This document shows, one piece after another, positions 48,235 through 59,764 of a DNA stretch of 64,000 nt. The position numbers and the translations under genes were made by a program. The notes under the pieces were generated by a model that saw nothing but the letters and a program-made list of their open reading frames with translations, made no database searches and had not been told where the DNA came from. The first letter of the stretch is position 1. Every line of letters starts with the position of its first letter. Location: the NCBI GenBank assembly GCA_013115145.1, contig JAAPAO010000061.1:34615-98614 (forward strand). Reading direction: 5' to 3'. This DNA comes from Perkinsus chesapeaki ATCC PRA-425 (Eukaryota > Protista > Perkinsozoa).

Positions 48235-49545
48235 ATGAACACTCCACTCTCGGATACCAGCACTGCTCCCTGTGATGGATCAACTGGTTCGGCTCCTCTG
48301 CCTCCCATTAAGACTCGTTACGGTCAAGCCGCTGATATCGGCCATAAGTCTAAGATGGAAGACACTTCTATGCACATGTTCCTGGAAAATGGAGGTAAGC
48401 TGCTCTTCCCTCACCTATATACAATAGTATTCCTTATCATTATCAGGTGCATTCGGAGTTTTCGACGGCCACGGTGGTGCTGGCGCTGCCGAGTTCATCA
48501 AGGACTATATGAAGAATGCTATACTGGAGTCGATTGACTCCTCTCAGACTGACGCTGATACTCTATCCAAGAGGTACCATATTACTACTTTGCTTGATGA
48601 TGAGCTTCTCCCAGTTACTCGCTCACCGAAAGGGCTTTGGAGAGCTTCCTCAACGAGACAGAAATGCCAGGTCTTAGAAGAAGTGTTGAGGAGGGCGCCT
48701 TTGATGTAAGTTAATGCAGCTCCCCTTTTATTGTATATTGTTGATGTTAGGATGACGAGTATCCACTAATGACCTCTGGTAGCACAGCCTGTGTGTGTAT
48801 GCTTGATCAATCTACTCTTCCTGGCTCCTTGGCAATTGCCAATGCCGGTGACTGCAGAGCTGTACTCTGTCGCAATGGCACCGTAAGACACAATTAGACG
48901 GGTACTGTGTTTCATTACGTCCGTATTTTGTCAGGCTATTGATCTGACCAGCGACCACAATCTGAAGTCATGCACAGAAGAGGAAAAGCGCCGTGTAGCC
49001 CCTTATCTGCACTGTGAATCAAGCGAATACCTGGGAGGCCTAGCGGTAAGAATGATGGCATTTGTATCTTGCATGTCTGAAAGTTAATTATTAGGTCACT
49101 AGATCACTTGGAGATTTACGTGCTTCCTCTGGTAGCAAGACTGCTGGACAGATCGCTGATCCCGAGATAACCACTATGTTGCTTGATAAGAAAGATGAGT
49201 TCATCATTATCGCCACCGATGGCCTTTTTGACGTGTTGAGCTCGCAGACAGCTGTGGACAGCGTAAGTTCCTCAAATCCAACTCAAGTTTTCTCTTTGAT
49301 TTCTTTGTCAGGTTCGTCGCCATATGTTAGGCAGTCAATGCTCCCCTACCAGCGCTGCTCGCTGGCTTATTGACCGTGCCATCGCAAGACATGCTGCTGA
49401 TAATATCTGTGTCATCGTTGTCTACTTGTTAGACTGGGTCCCATTGGCCAGATTAGTCTCAAAAAGGAATTCTGAGCCTCTAGTTAATAGCCTAGAGTGT
49501 CAGAACAGTGATGATAGTAACAAGGACAGCAGCAATGAGGAATAA
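48235..49545 (+). CDS. Protein phosphatase 2C (PPM family)
   Basis: MEDT; FGVFDGHGG; SGSTAC; ANAGDCRAVL; DLTSDH; LA|VTRSLGD; IIATDGLFDV; ADNICVIVV. Confidence 0.93.
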
Positions 49546-50108
49546 ATTGATTAACCCCTTCAACGCTAGACTCTTAACGCAGTATGGCGTATTATTAGTA
49601 CATTAAAAGATAGTTAAAGCTGTAATTACGCTGCTTTATATTATAGCGGCGCTCATATATTTTTTTATGGAAATATTTTTGCTGAGGAGGCCTAAGCGCC
49701 TGGCTTTTTATCGGAACATCTGGGTTTGATCTATGCTCCCCAGTAGTTCTCTCTTTGGTCTATATGAAAACGTATTTGCGTCTTATTTGGTTAAAAAAGC
49801 GGTTATTGTGCTCTGCCGCCGCTCAGCGTATTTTTGCCTGTCAATGGGCATAGTTGTACTGATCTTCAATATTATCTTAATAATTATTAGTGTGTGAATA
49901 ACAAACAGTAGTTGTGTGGCATCTCTGCTTGATCTGACAAAAATGATCGTTCTAGTAGTGTACCCTAACTCCACTGGTGTTTTGTTATAAGATTTGTCAA
50001 TACCGTAAATGCCCAGTTGATCTGGTGCTTCATTTGGGGCTATAAGTATGGCGGTCATTATAGAGACCATAGTCGTATTGCTAGATTACATCGATTCCAT
50101 CAAACAGC

Positions 50109-50880
50109 ATGCCAACAATATTCACGTCAATGCTGGACGCGCCACAAACGTCGTCTCTGGGTAGCGGTCGAGTGGAACCTTCTAAAGGGGGTCAGTCGCG
50201 CTTGTTGAGACTCTTTGAGGAGTTCGATACTACTGGGCGCATGAGCATTGAGAAGTTCAAGTCCGAGTTAGAAAAAATAGTTACTCATGGGAAGGCGGTC
50301 ATATAGCTTGTCGAGTTGTTGCTAAACCCGCACAATTGCGCCCACAGGTGCCTATAACACCGAGTCTTACAAGGCTAATCGAAACGGAGGGTCGGGCTGG
50401 CACGATGACCTATGCAGCTATCATATCAGCGCTCGAGAGCGTGAACCCTGATAGAAGGCGAGCAGACTTGCCCCTCTACAAACTGGATGAAGTGGGTCTA
50501 TCGGAAAATCAAGGGAAAAGATGATCATATCTTAGGTGCGCCCTCAACCCGCACTGCCCCCTCGCCGTGACCCTGTTAAGTGGGATTCTGGACAAACTAG
50601 ACTCTACTCAGATAGTGAAATACGGCAATCTGTAGCTGACATAATAGACGGCCGACTCCCCATGCGAGAGTTTGCGAAACGATTGCGCGACTCTAGGATC
50701 GGGATTGACGGGAACATCGAGACGTTGCTTAGACGTCATCAAGGGGATCCATCTGGAACTAAATTCTCCGAGCTAGTTGCTGCTATAATAAGGAAGAGAG
50801 ATACCTCACAGGATGGCAAGTCAGTGATGAAGATACAGGCGCCTTATGCTGTAGATGACGGAAGTCAACAGTCAAGGTAG
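50109..50880 (+). CDS. Hypothetical protein with degenerate EF-hand-like helices
   Basis: LFEEFDTTGRMSIEKFKSELEK; three exons joined at GT-AG sites, ending at TAG 50880. Confidence 0.5.
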
Positions 50881-51519
50881 GGGAGACAAAAAGGCTGTAC
50901 TCCCGTCCTTGCTTAACCATCGTATGTCTCGCAATATAATAATATCAATCGTACAGGGTTGGAGCATGCGAGAAGGACTACCCACATGATATAATAGCGA
51001 ATCTTGGAAGCAGAGGAGGGGAATTTACAAGAGAGCTCAATACCAATAGACGAGGCAACTCTAGAAGGTGGGAGTTGCCACTCCGCGTAGAAGTATTAGT
51101 AATTCGTTTAGTTCGGGAGCAATCCTAGCTTGGGACCGATCTACATCAGACACACAAGAGTTCAGTTGTAGCGATAGAGTCAAGAGCATACGAAGCCTTC
51201 CGGTGTAAGCGTTGAGTGCGACATGATGAAATGATAAACCATAATATATTATTACCCTTTGCAAAGCTAGACGGCGACGGTGACGGGTAGTCCGTATTCG
51301 CAAGCGATTCACTTTTGCAGGAGTTCGGATGTGCTGCGGTACTGTAGAGAGCCATCTGGAGAGGATATGGATGATAGCGGAGTAGTTACCGGTGGCCGAC
51401 GTCGAGTTCGAGTCTCATCGAAGAGCACACCACCGTTCGGGACTGAAGCAGACATTTCCAATGCTTGAAGCAACAACAAACATGTCTCATGCTTCGATGA
51501 AAAATGGCTACATTCAATT

Positions 51520-53775
51520 ATTCCGAATCATGATAATAATAGTGTGTTGTGTTGCCCGAGTATTGGCTTGTTGTATCCGAAGTGCGAGATGCGCCTTTGC
51601 AATAACTGAAGAGCTTGTGGTGGTTACTACGGGTTTACACACCGAGGCTCATCCCAGCTTCACAGTTCGAGCCGGAGTCGGTTCCTCACTTGTATATTTG
51701 TGTTGCCACACAATCCCGTGCAAGCTAGATTGCTCATTTGTATTTGTAACGGCAAGATGATTGTTGTGAGAGCGTAGATTGATGCCATGTTGGCTCAAGT
51801 TTGTGGTGAAACACACGATTTTTTTCTTTCTATCTGGCATATTGCCAGCGGTCGATTGCCGACTGGATATGTATATGGTATTTGCTGGTCTAATGTTTGC
51901 CTATATATATCGATGTCTAATAGACATCGGCGCCATCCGGCTGTCGGTCAGCATCTTCGCCCTCTTCCCACTCTCCCAAAATGTTCCCTATTCATGATGA
52001 CATTGCCTTTATCAAACATTTTGAGCATCTGATAGGTAGTCTCGTATGCCTCTTCTCTCTCGAGCGTCTTCTATGTATTATACTGCTTGGAACTCAAAAC
52101 ACCAACATAACTTTCAAGACACGTCTTGAGCGATCACAATTGGTCACAAAATTTTCGGATCGCTGCTGCTGTTACCTTCATCGCTCCAATGGGCACTCGA
52201 AACAGCAGTATGAAATGAACAGACACTTGAACAAGAGCCGATACTGGTTCCTCTAGGAACCGATGAATCAGCAGCAGGCCACAATGACTTTATAGTTTTG
52301 CAGCTGGAGCCCATATCTGCTTCTTCCTCCAAGGACGATTTTCGTTGGGCTGACATTTTGTTTACTATGTCGAAAACGTCTTCTTCCCAGAATGCTTTTT
52401 GCCTCTCCTCGAGGTCTTGTATTTTCTGCCTGCTTCGCTTCAACTCTTGCCGAAGCCGTAATATCTCAGATTGAAGGTGCTGTCTGCTTTTTGGACGCTC
52501 GGACTTTAACTGGGTGAAGTTCGGGAACAGCTCCGCATTATTGCCACCGGCCAACGGTGACCGAACCTGCATATCCCTCAGTTTCCGGTGTAGCAATTGC
52601 GTAACTGTGGGGAGGACTAACCTCGGATGCTCTGTCCTCGCTCAACTCATCGCTCTCTAGTGATACGCTCGAACCAATTCGAATCAGTAGGGTGCTAGGG
52701 GCTGACTCGATGCCTGAAATATACAATATTCCAAACGTTAAGGTCTAACCTAAACTTTAGCCCAGCTGGATCGACACGAGGTTGAAACCAAACATTTGCC
52801 TTACCCGTAACATCACTTTCTCGGTTTGGTGTGGAAATCGATGAAGTGGTCGGCGGAGAGTCACAGCTCGGTACTTCAGAGCCAACCGGAGAAGCTTCAT
52901 GAACAGACAGTTCTGGCGTTTGCTCCATCTCTAAGACGTTACAGGATCCATCCTCGTATGAGAAACATCGAAAAGGTGAAACGAGGAACCGACCAGAACC
53001 TCATATTACCATTTAGATGAGTTAGTCGCGAATTTAAGGCTTCAACTTCACCACAAGGGCTACTCACTGTCGAAGCAGAAGCAGAGCACCCTTCAATATT
53101 GAACTGATAGCTGTGAGGGAGACTCAGTCCTCTGCGAAAGTTGGGCGATTTGCCTGAAGTCAAGGTCATTATTAAGTAAATGAATTCAGGGAACGAACAA
53201 GTGGCGTCATTCCATGCCGAAAACAGAAGCGAAATTCTGGGACTGAGTCCAGGAAGCTAGTAAAATTTCCTGATCCCAGTGACTTAGCCAAAACCATACT
53301 TCTAGATATTGTGGCTGTTTTCGTCCGCGGTGAAGACTGGACTAATGTAGGTTTGGTGTTACTGGTAACCTGCCATAACAACATATAACCAGAGTCATCA
53401 TTATAGTAGAATGCAACTCACTGATGAAAAGCGTGCTATCCTGTCACTGACTTTTGTTGGGGTATGTAGGGCTGGAACACCTCTTGCTTGATAAACTGCA
53501 TCAGCATGACTTGAGCTACCACGCGTCTAAACAAGAGGAGATGTAAAAGCCTTAGAGATTCAGAACCATTCGATCTAGCACTATTATTATTGCCTCTCGA
53601 CTATTCTACTACACCAGAAATGACACCGTAGAACTACGCTACGGATTTAGCGTGCATGCCTATATACTACCTCCCAAACCTCAGCGCTCTCGTCTGTAAA
53701 CTGACGTCGACGGTTGAGCTTGGTCCAGAAGTCGCCATCCCCTCCCTTCCCATGTGTCGGCGGCGGTGGAGGCAT
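51520..53775 (-). CDS. Hypothetical spliced Ser-rich / coiled-coil protein; 3' end uncertain
   Basis: ATG at 53775 (MPPPPPTHGKGG); coiled coil LQSEILRLRQELKRSRQKIQDLEERQK at 52144-52596; several GT-AG-bounded open segments. Confidence 0.4.
51784..51799 (+). other. Spliced-leader-like relic
   Basis: GCCATGTTGGCTCAAG matches 15 of the last 16 nt of the dinoflagellate/perkinsid SL (recalled as ...GCCAT[T/C]TTGGCTCAAG). Confidence 0.35.
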
Positions 53776-54129
53776 TCGTTTAGGAAATCTCGGATGAAAA
53801 AAAGGAATACTAGAGATAACTATTCCTTTATATCAAAATGATTTTTATTGGTAATTGACCTATTATCTCTATACCGACAATCGATAATAAAGTATATTAA
53901 CATACCAACTATTCCTAGGTAATGTGCCCAGGTACATAGATACTCATACCCTCCGACCACTGTGTAATATACTATAAGCATTACTAATGCTCAGGTCTGT
54001 CTATACTTGACTTGGTGTAACATACTTAGTTAACACAACCTCAAGTATGCTCATTGACAATACCTTGCTAATCTCTTCTTAATATATCGTAAAAGCAAAA
54101 AATAACGAGATGGCGTGTATGATCACGAC

Positions 54130-54999
54130 ATCATGTACTTCCTCCTCTATTGTCTACCGGACGTAGACATGATAAGGTATACAAAGCACCACCGATTATT
54201 CCAAGAACCAAGTGAAGTAACCCTCACCACGCATGCCATCTGAAAAAGAGTGTAGAAACGATAGTCTTGGAAGAAGAGCAAACGGAAGGAACGATCGAAG
54301 GAAATAGGGGCCAGATGATATGAGTTACAGACGATGGCTCACCTATACGCTTCATGGCCCACGGAGGCTGTTCATGAACCTTCTGGTATTCCTGACCCCA
54401 GTGGAGCCAGGGTCCCCAAATAAAGATACAACCTAAGCAAATCCGCATATCCCTACGAGACACGTAATTATGCTGAGAGATATGACGTATTAGAATGGGA
54501 AGCAAACGTATAACTACTATTTACTCCAAGTGAGGGTATTACTCTCGAAAACATGCTATAAAACCTAAAACCATGACTTACTCATAAGCCACCAGTTAAC
54601 GGACAACTCCAGTCGAATTGATTCTTTCAAGTAGTTAATGTTGGGTACCTGATGATCATTAAATAGGGCACTATACATTACTAGGCCTGGTGCTGATGAC
54701 TCACCTCCCTCTGTGGCCTCTTCTGTTTAAGACGGTTCCACAGGATGAGCTTCATCAAATCCGTATTCTCTGGGCCATGCATACCCGTGCCACGGAGTTT
54801 CTAAAAGGTATTAATAATGTATTCCAAATGTACAGCTTACCCAATGCTTTGGAATAGGCTTAGTAAGCGAATAATCACACGGCTTCATCACGTTGGCAGG
54901 GAATTTCAATGGAGGGGTGTTCTCCCAACCAGTAACATAATCATTGGCCCCATCGGTGAAGAAATGCTTCAGACGGGCGGTGGAACGGCGTAGAGCCAT
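54130..54999 (-). CDS. Hypothetical small spliced protein with a mitochondrial-presequence-like N-terminus; 3' end uncertain
   Basis: MALRRSTARLKHFF (Arg/Ser-rich, no acidic residues); joins to KLRGTGMHGPENTDLMKLILWNRLK; hydrophobic segment near the 3' end. Confidence 0.45.
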
Positions 55000-55241
55000 C
55001 TAACTCTGCTCACCACAATACTGATAAATTAACAATTAAAAGGCGAACAACAATGCGAACAACAACCTCAAGATACGCCGACCCATATAATGAAAGAAGA
55101 AATAATGCGTCGCTCCGTCGTAAGAGCGCACTTCAAAAAATTCACACAGGGCGCACGCGTGCAGCTCTGAAATGAAAACCACGGGTCTAGCTTGGCGAGG
55201 CGCCAGCAATTAGAAGTAGCACAAAACCGCATCGGAGGAAA

Positions 55242-56848
55242 CTATACATTAGACAATGGTGCATTAATGCCTTCTTTAACGTATATAAGTAAATAGGCAT
55301 CACGGTATGGTAAGGAATAGAAAGGCGATGATGTCTCATCACCATCTAGAGTCACTCTATACACTCGGTCATCATCACAAACATACCAAGGTGTCCGTCC
55401 TATGTCATCAACACCCGTTCGGAGAAGGTTGCAGAACCAATTAGGGACAGCTTTAGGGCTGACTTGTCCAGAAAGCCCACGACGGAGACAACTGAAGTGT
55501 CCACTACTCCAGCCGAAACCATGATGTATCACAACACTACGTAGATTATACCTGTACGAAAGGTACTTCTCACCATCATAAAGTAGTATGTGATCACGTA
55601 CCATGAGCCATCTGTAGAGTGGAGCCTTTTCGTGAACATAATGCTAGAACGATCTTTAGTTTGGTCCCGGAAGTCCGTTCTTTTGATGTGTAAAATAAGC
55701 ACCTTAGGAAATCGAGATACTGTGCTTGTCATGATCTGCGACGTGCCTGAGGAAAGTCTATGACTGACCCAAGGAATATAAGAAATCCGTTTACGTATTC
55801 CCTGTGCTCCATCAGATAGCCTTTGCTCGAGTGGCCAAGACTCATCCAGATTTGACTCCCCTCCGGACTCGATAAGGTCCATAAGACAGCATAAACGATG
55901 TTTGAGAACACCGAAATACATGGAGCCTTTGATGAACGAAGACATCGCTATTATGCGGCGCTCCAGGGCTGTAAAGCATAGAAGAAGACCTGAGGTGCAA
56001 CAAAGTACTACCTCACATCTTCTTACTAAATCCAACCTACTGCATGATGTACAATTGACACCTTGAACACTTTGAGGATCACTCAGTACTGTCATACTGT
56101 ACTCCAGAGTTGACAATGGTGGCAGCGATAATGTAGAAAACCTTTCCAATACATTATAACGATGACCGCATACTGAACCTAAATACAATGAAGTGGTGTA
56201 TCGCAAAAGGAGAACTCCTGCTTAAAAAACCATCGTAAAATTACATGTTCGCGAGTGACGAAGTTCCCCGACAAAACTGGAGGTGAATGAGAGGCTTGGA
56301 TCTAACGCATTCAAAAGGTATAGTAATGCCTCATGGGCATCGTTATCAGTGAAGACCTGAAGATAACTGGTACAAGGGTTATGTCACCCAGAAGTGTTCT
56401 TACTGACAAACCATGAGACCTAAACAAGAACTCTTCAATAACTTGTCGGTCTTCATATGAATTCTCAGACTTCCCGACATTCCATGCCGACGACATTCTG
56501 CGTATTTCTCTCTGCAATGCACCATTTGGACCTTGTGGTATATTCCGCGGCAATATCTAAATCATAGCGGAAGATAGTACAGAAGTGATGGTCAAGGACC
56601 CTACCCCTCAATCGATCAAGTTGATCATCAACTCCTCGTTTCGAGAGGCAGCAGTGTTAGCGAGTACTTACTTCATCGGCACAGCTAGCTAATGCTTGAA
56701 TTACTGCATTCAGGAAGCATGCTCTTGATCTGTTTGTCAGCCCTGGAGGCATTATGCAACTAGCCTCTGCCCTATACTGGGCTATTAGCACATGCCAGCC
56801 GAGAACGGAGGGAGTGATGAGTGGTAAGAATGCAATTATCGAATGCAA
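55242..56848 (-). CDS. Ubiquitin carboxyl-terminal hydrolase (USP, peptidase C19); N-terminal hydrophobic segment as in USP30-like enzymes
   Basis: Cys box PGLTNRSRACFLNAVIQALASC; FPKVLILHIKR; His box YNLRSVVIHHG...SGHF; WYVCDDDRV; AYLLIY. Confidence 0.9.
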
Positions 56849-57530
56849 TAAACTGATACGGTCCCCATCCCCTAACCAAATACCTCATCTGCGAATTGGT
56901 GGGTAAGTAAAGCTGTGCAGCATCACTATCCGATACGCGAACCCTTTCATTAAATTCAATATGTACATACTCTCAGAAACGATGACAGTAGGAACAATGA
57001 TGATTCATCAGACCATCTCAGTTGCAAATTTACAATCCTGTATACGTTGCGCGTCTATGAAACACATCGCAACCGCTTTCGACGCTTCGCTGCCCGCGAT
57101 ACATGACCTTCATCCGGAGCTTTTGGGAGTTCTGGTGATATTACTGGTGCTTGAGTATGTCGCACATTTGCTATACGACTACCTAAAATGGAATGGTTTG
57201 CTCAAAGGATTGCAACGTTGCGGTATTTTTTCTTTGAAAATGAGTACAAAACGGTCGGATGTCAAGTTGTTTACGTATCTTACATGCCCTCGGTCCAAGT
57301 ATACATGAATCAGATCTATCACAAGATCCCTCCCAGCATGGCCTCGACGCTGCCAAATCGTGTAGAGGACCCTAAAGGGAATTATTAAACGATTTACTTA
57401 TCATAGATATCTACATTTCCCGTGATGGATCGTCCTTGAAGCTCTATCCGAACAGTATTGCGTACACTCTTCTGCGAAATCTTATCAAACCTGACCATCA
57501 CATATACGTTATGCAAGAAAGCTCAATGAA

Positions 57531-58346
57531 TTACGCTTCCAGAGCATTCAATATATCCTCGGTGGCGGTATATGCTCGGACAAGTGTAGAACACGCAAAA
57601 ATACAGTCTATGGGATCATTAACGTTGGCCTCACAAAGAGAATCACCAGAGGACATATGACCAGCAGGAGTTGGCTGTGATCGACGAAGCTCATCAGCGA
57701 AGACTGTGTGAACATGCCTTTCGTATACTTGACCACGGAACCTCCACAATAATCGCGATTTATGCGAGTAAATACTGCGTTCCGTCAAGTGCTTAAGATG
57801 CCCAACAATTTTAAGTAGCTCATTCTTTTCCACCCAATCGGAACCATGTATAAGTCCTCGGAGGTTTGAGACAAGAGAGCTAGATACAGTTGAGAGTACA
57901 TTCAACTCCTTCTCAACGTCGCTCAAGCGATTGCCTAGATGAATCCATCTCTTCGAGCATTCATCACATAGTAACCACTCTCCATGAGCTCTAGTCGTTG
58001 GGGAGGGTAAAAAAAGATAACAGAAATCGCAGTATTTACCAAAGACATGGGTGTAGTAAGTGACCCTGGGACTACTCATCATCATAGGCCGAAGTCCAAC
58101 TCGCATGATAAGATCGGTATAAACGCGATTAGATAGGTCATCATCATCAGAGTCACCTTTTCCGATTCTTGGCCAAGCCACTATTAGAGCACGGCAGTCC
58201 CGAGGCTGGAGGTATGGAGCTATGATATGAGCGATAAGATCCATCGCATAGATCTGTGCCAATGGCGGGGGAAAAGAAAGTGAGGAAAACTTCGCCAACT
58301 GAGGATCGAACCTCGGCCGACAAATGTGGCACCGAAGCACCCACAC
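57531..58346 (-). CDS. Intronless hypothetical protein with an F-box-like N-terminal helix and two CxxC pairs
   Basis: 271-aa ORF; MDLIAHIIAPYLQPRDCRAL; YCDFC and LCDEC. The true start may be the internal Met. Confidence 0.55.
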   Translation of the reverse strand: MWVLRCHICRPRFDPQLAKFSSLSFPPPLAQIYAMDLIAHIIAPYLQPRDCRALIVAWPRIGKGDSDDDDLSNRVYTDLIMRVGLRPMMMSSPRVTYYTHVFGKYCDFCYLFLPSPTTRAHGEWLLCDECSKRWIHLGNRLSDVEKELNVLSTVSSSLVSNLRGLIHGSDWVEKNELLKIVGHLKHLTERSIYSHKSRLLWRFRGQVYERHVHTVFADELRRSQPTPAGHMSSGDSLCEANVNDPIDCIFACSTLVRAYTATEDILNALEA

Positions 58347-58548
58347 TCAGCGCAACTACTCTCGGAGCTCTAAAATGGATGAATCTCTACAATTAATTTT
58401 TACACAGAAAATCTTTGTTTACGAATTAGTAACGATTAGACATGTAGTAAGTTAAACTATGACATGTCACATTCGATTGCCGTGACGGCAATGCCGTCTC
58501 GTCTACATTCCCCTATTTATCTTACATATTTTAATAATGTTAACACGA

Positions 58549-59687
58549 ATGTCGGGTTTTCTCCGCTCTCGAGCATCACGTGTTCAAATGAAGGCCAATG
58601 AAACCCTTCAATCAACGGCAATATGGCGGAATGGCGTGGTCGAGATTAGGGAGTCTTCAATTCAAGGTTATTAATAAGCAGCGTGGATAATAGTCACATC
58701 TAACTGATATCTCAGGGCTCGGTGTATATACATCTACCGATATCACCAAAGGAACAATAGTGGAAGTATGTCCCACTCTTGCATTATCTAGGAAAGCCGT
58801 AAGTCCTTTTAAATGGACTCATGTTGATCGATGCTGAGCAACTACTGTTATTGAGTCAAACTTCCAAATTGGAACTTCACATTGCCCCATCTCAGGTGAC
58901 CGCAGCAGATTCGTCGAGCTCACGCGATGAAGGAGTGAGGCTCGAGGATTATGTTTACGAGTTTCCTACCGAGTTGTCCCATCTTAATGATGATCGAATG
59001 TGGGTTTGGGGCATACCTGGGGACTGTTAATATGCAGTGCCATACCAGCATGCTTTTGCTGTACAGGGTGTATGTTCCACTAGGCTTTGGATCACTCTAT
59101 AACCATTCGGATGATCCTAACCTGCAATATAATATAGAGCGAACTTTGGACGGAAAGAATGTGGTGCTAGTCATGAAGACGATAACGGATGTCCCTGCAG
59201 GTATCACCGGGCGATGTGCTTTTGAATTGTTCAGTCTGCAGTTTTGTTCCTAAATAGTGTCTGCACTTGGTGCACAGGGTGCTCTTGAAAATGGGCCCAC
59301 CCCTCGTAATCTCTCTAAAGCCCAATCTATGCATACCATAGGTATATCATTAGAACTCATTGACTACTGAGGGGCGAGGTACAACAGCCATTGGGTAGAG
59401 CTTACGGAGTGCTTTACAGTCGTGCATGATATGGAATATTATTCCAATGCGTTGAGGAATTACGAGGGGTGGGCGCATTTTTCGATAGCCATGTACTTTG
59501 TGGTTTTCTAGTAACAGTTACGATTAGTCTTAGCGCGTTCTTTTCCTGTTTAGGTCGGGAGCTGTGCGTAAGCTATGGGGAACAGTGGTGGAGGGAGAGA
59601 TTGCAGAAACCCGTTAGTGGCTATAGCACTCATTTATTTCGGAGAAGTCTTATGCAGCATTCGAGAGATCAGTACTCGAAACCATGA
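58549..59687 (+). CDS. Small SET-domain protein (lysine methyltransferase-like)
   Basis: VEIRESSIQ|GLGVYTSTDITKGTIVE; GFGSLYNHSDDPN; ELCVSYG. Confidence 0.85.
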
Positions 59688-59764
59688 AAAGGCAGTTTCG
59701 GATCGACTGTTGGTGACTTGCGCTGTAAAGCCTCTCAACACTCCATCAGCTTTAAACTTTCCAA

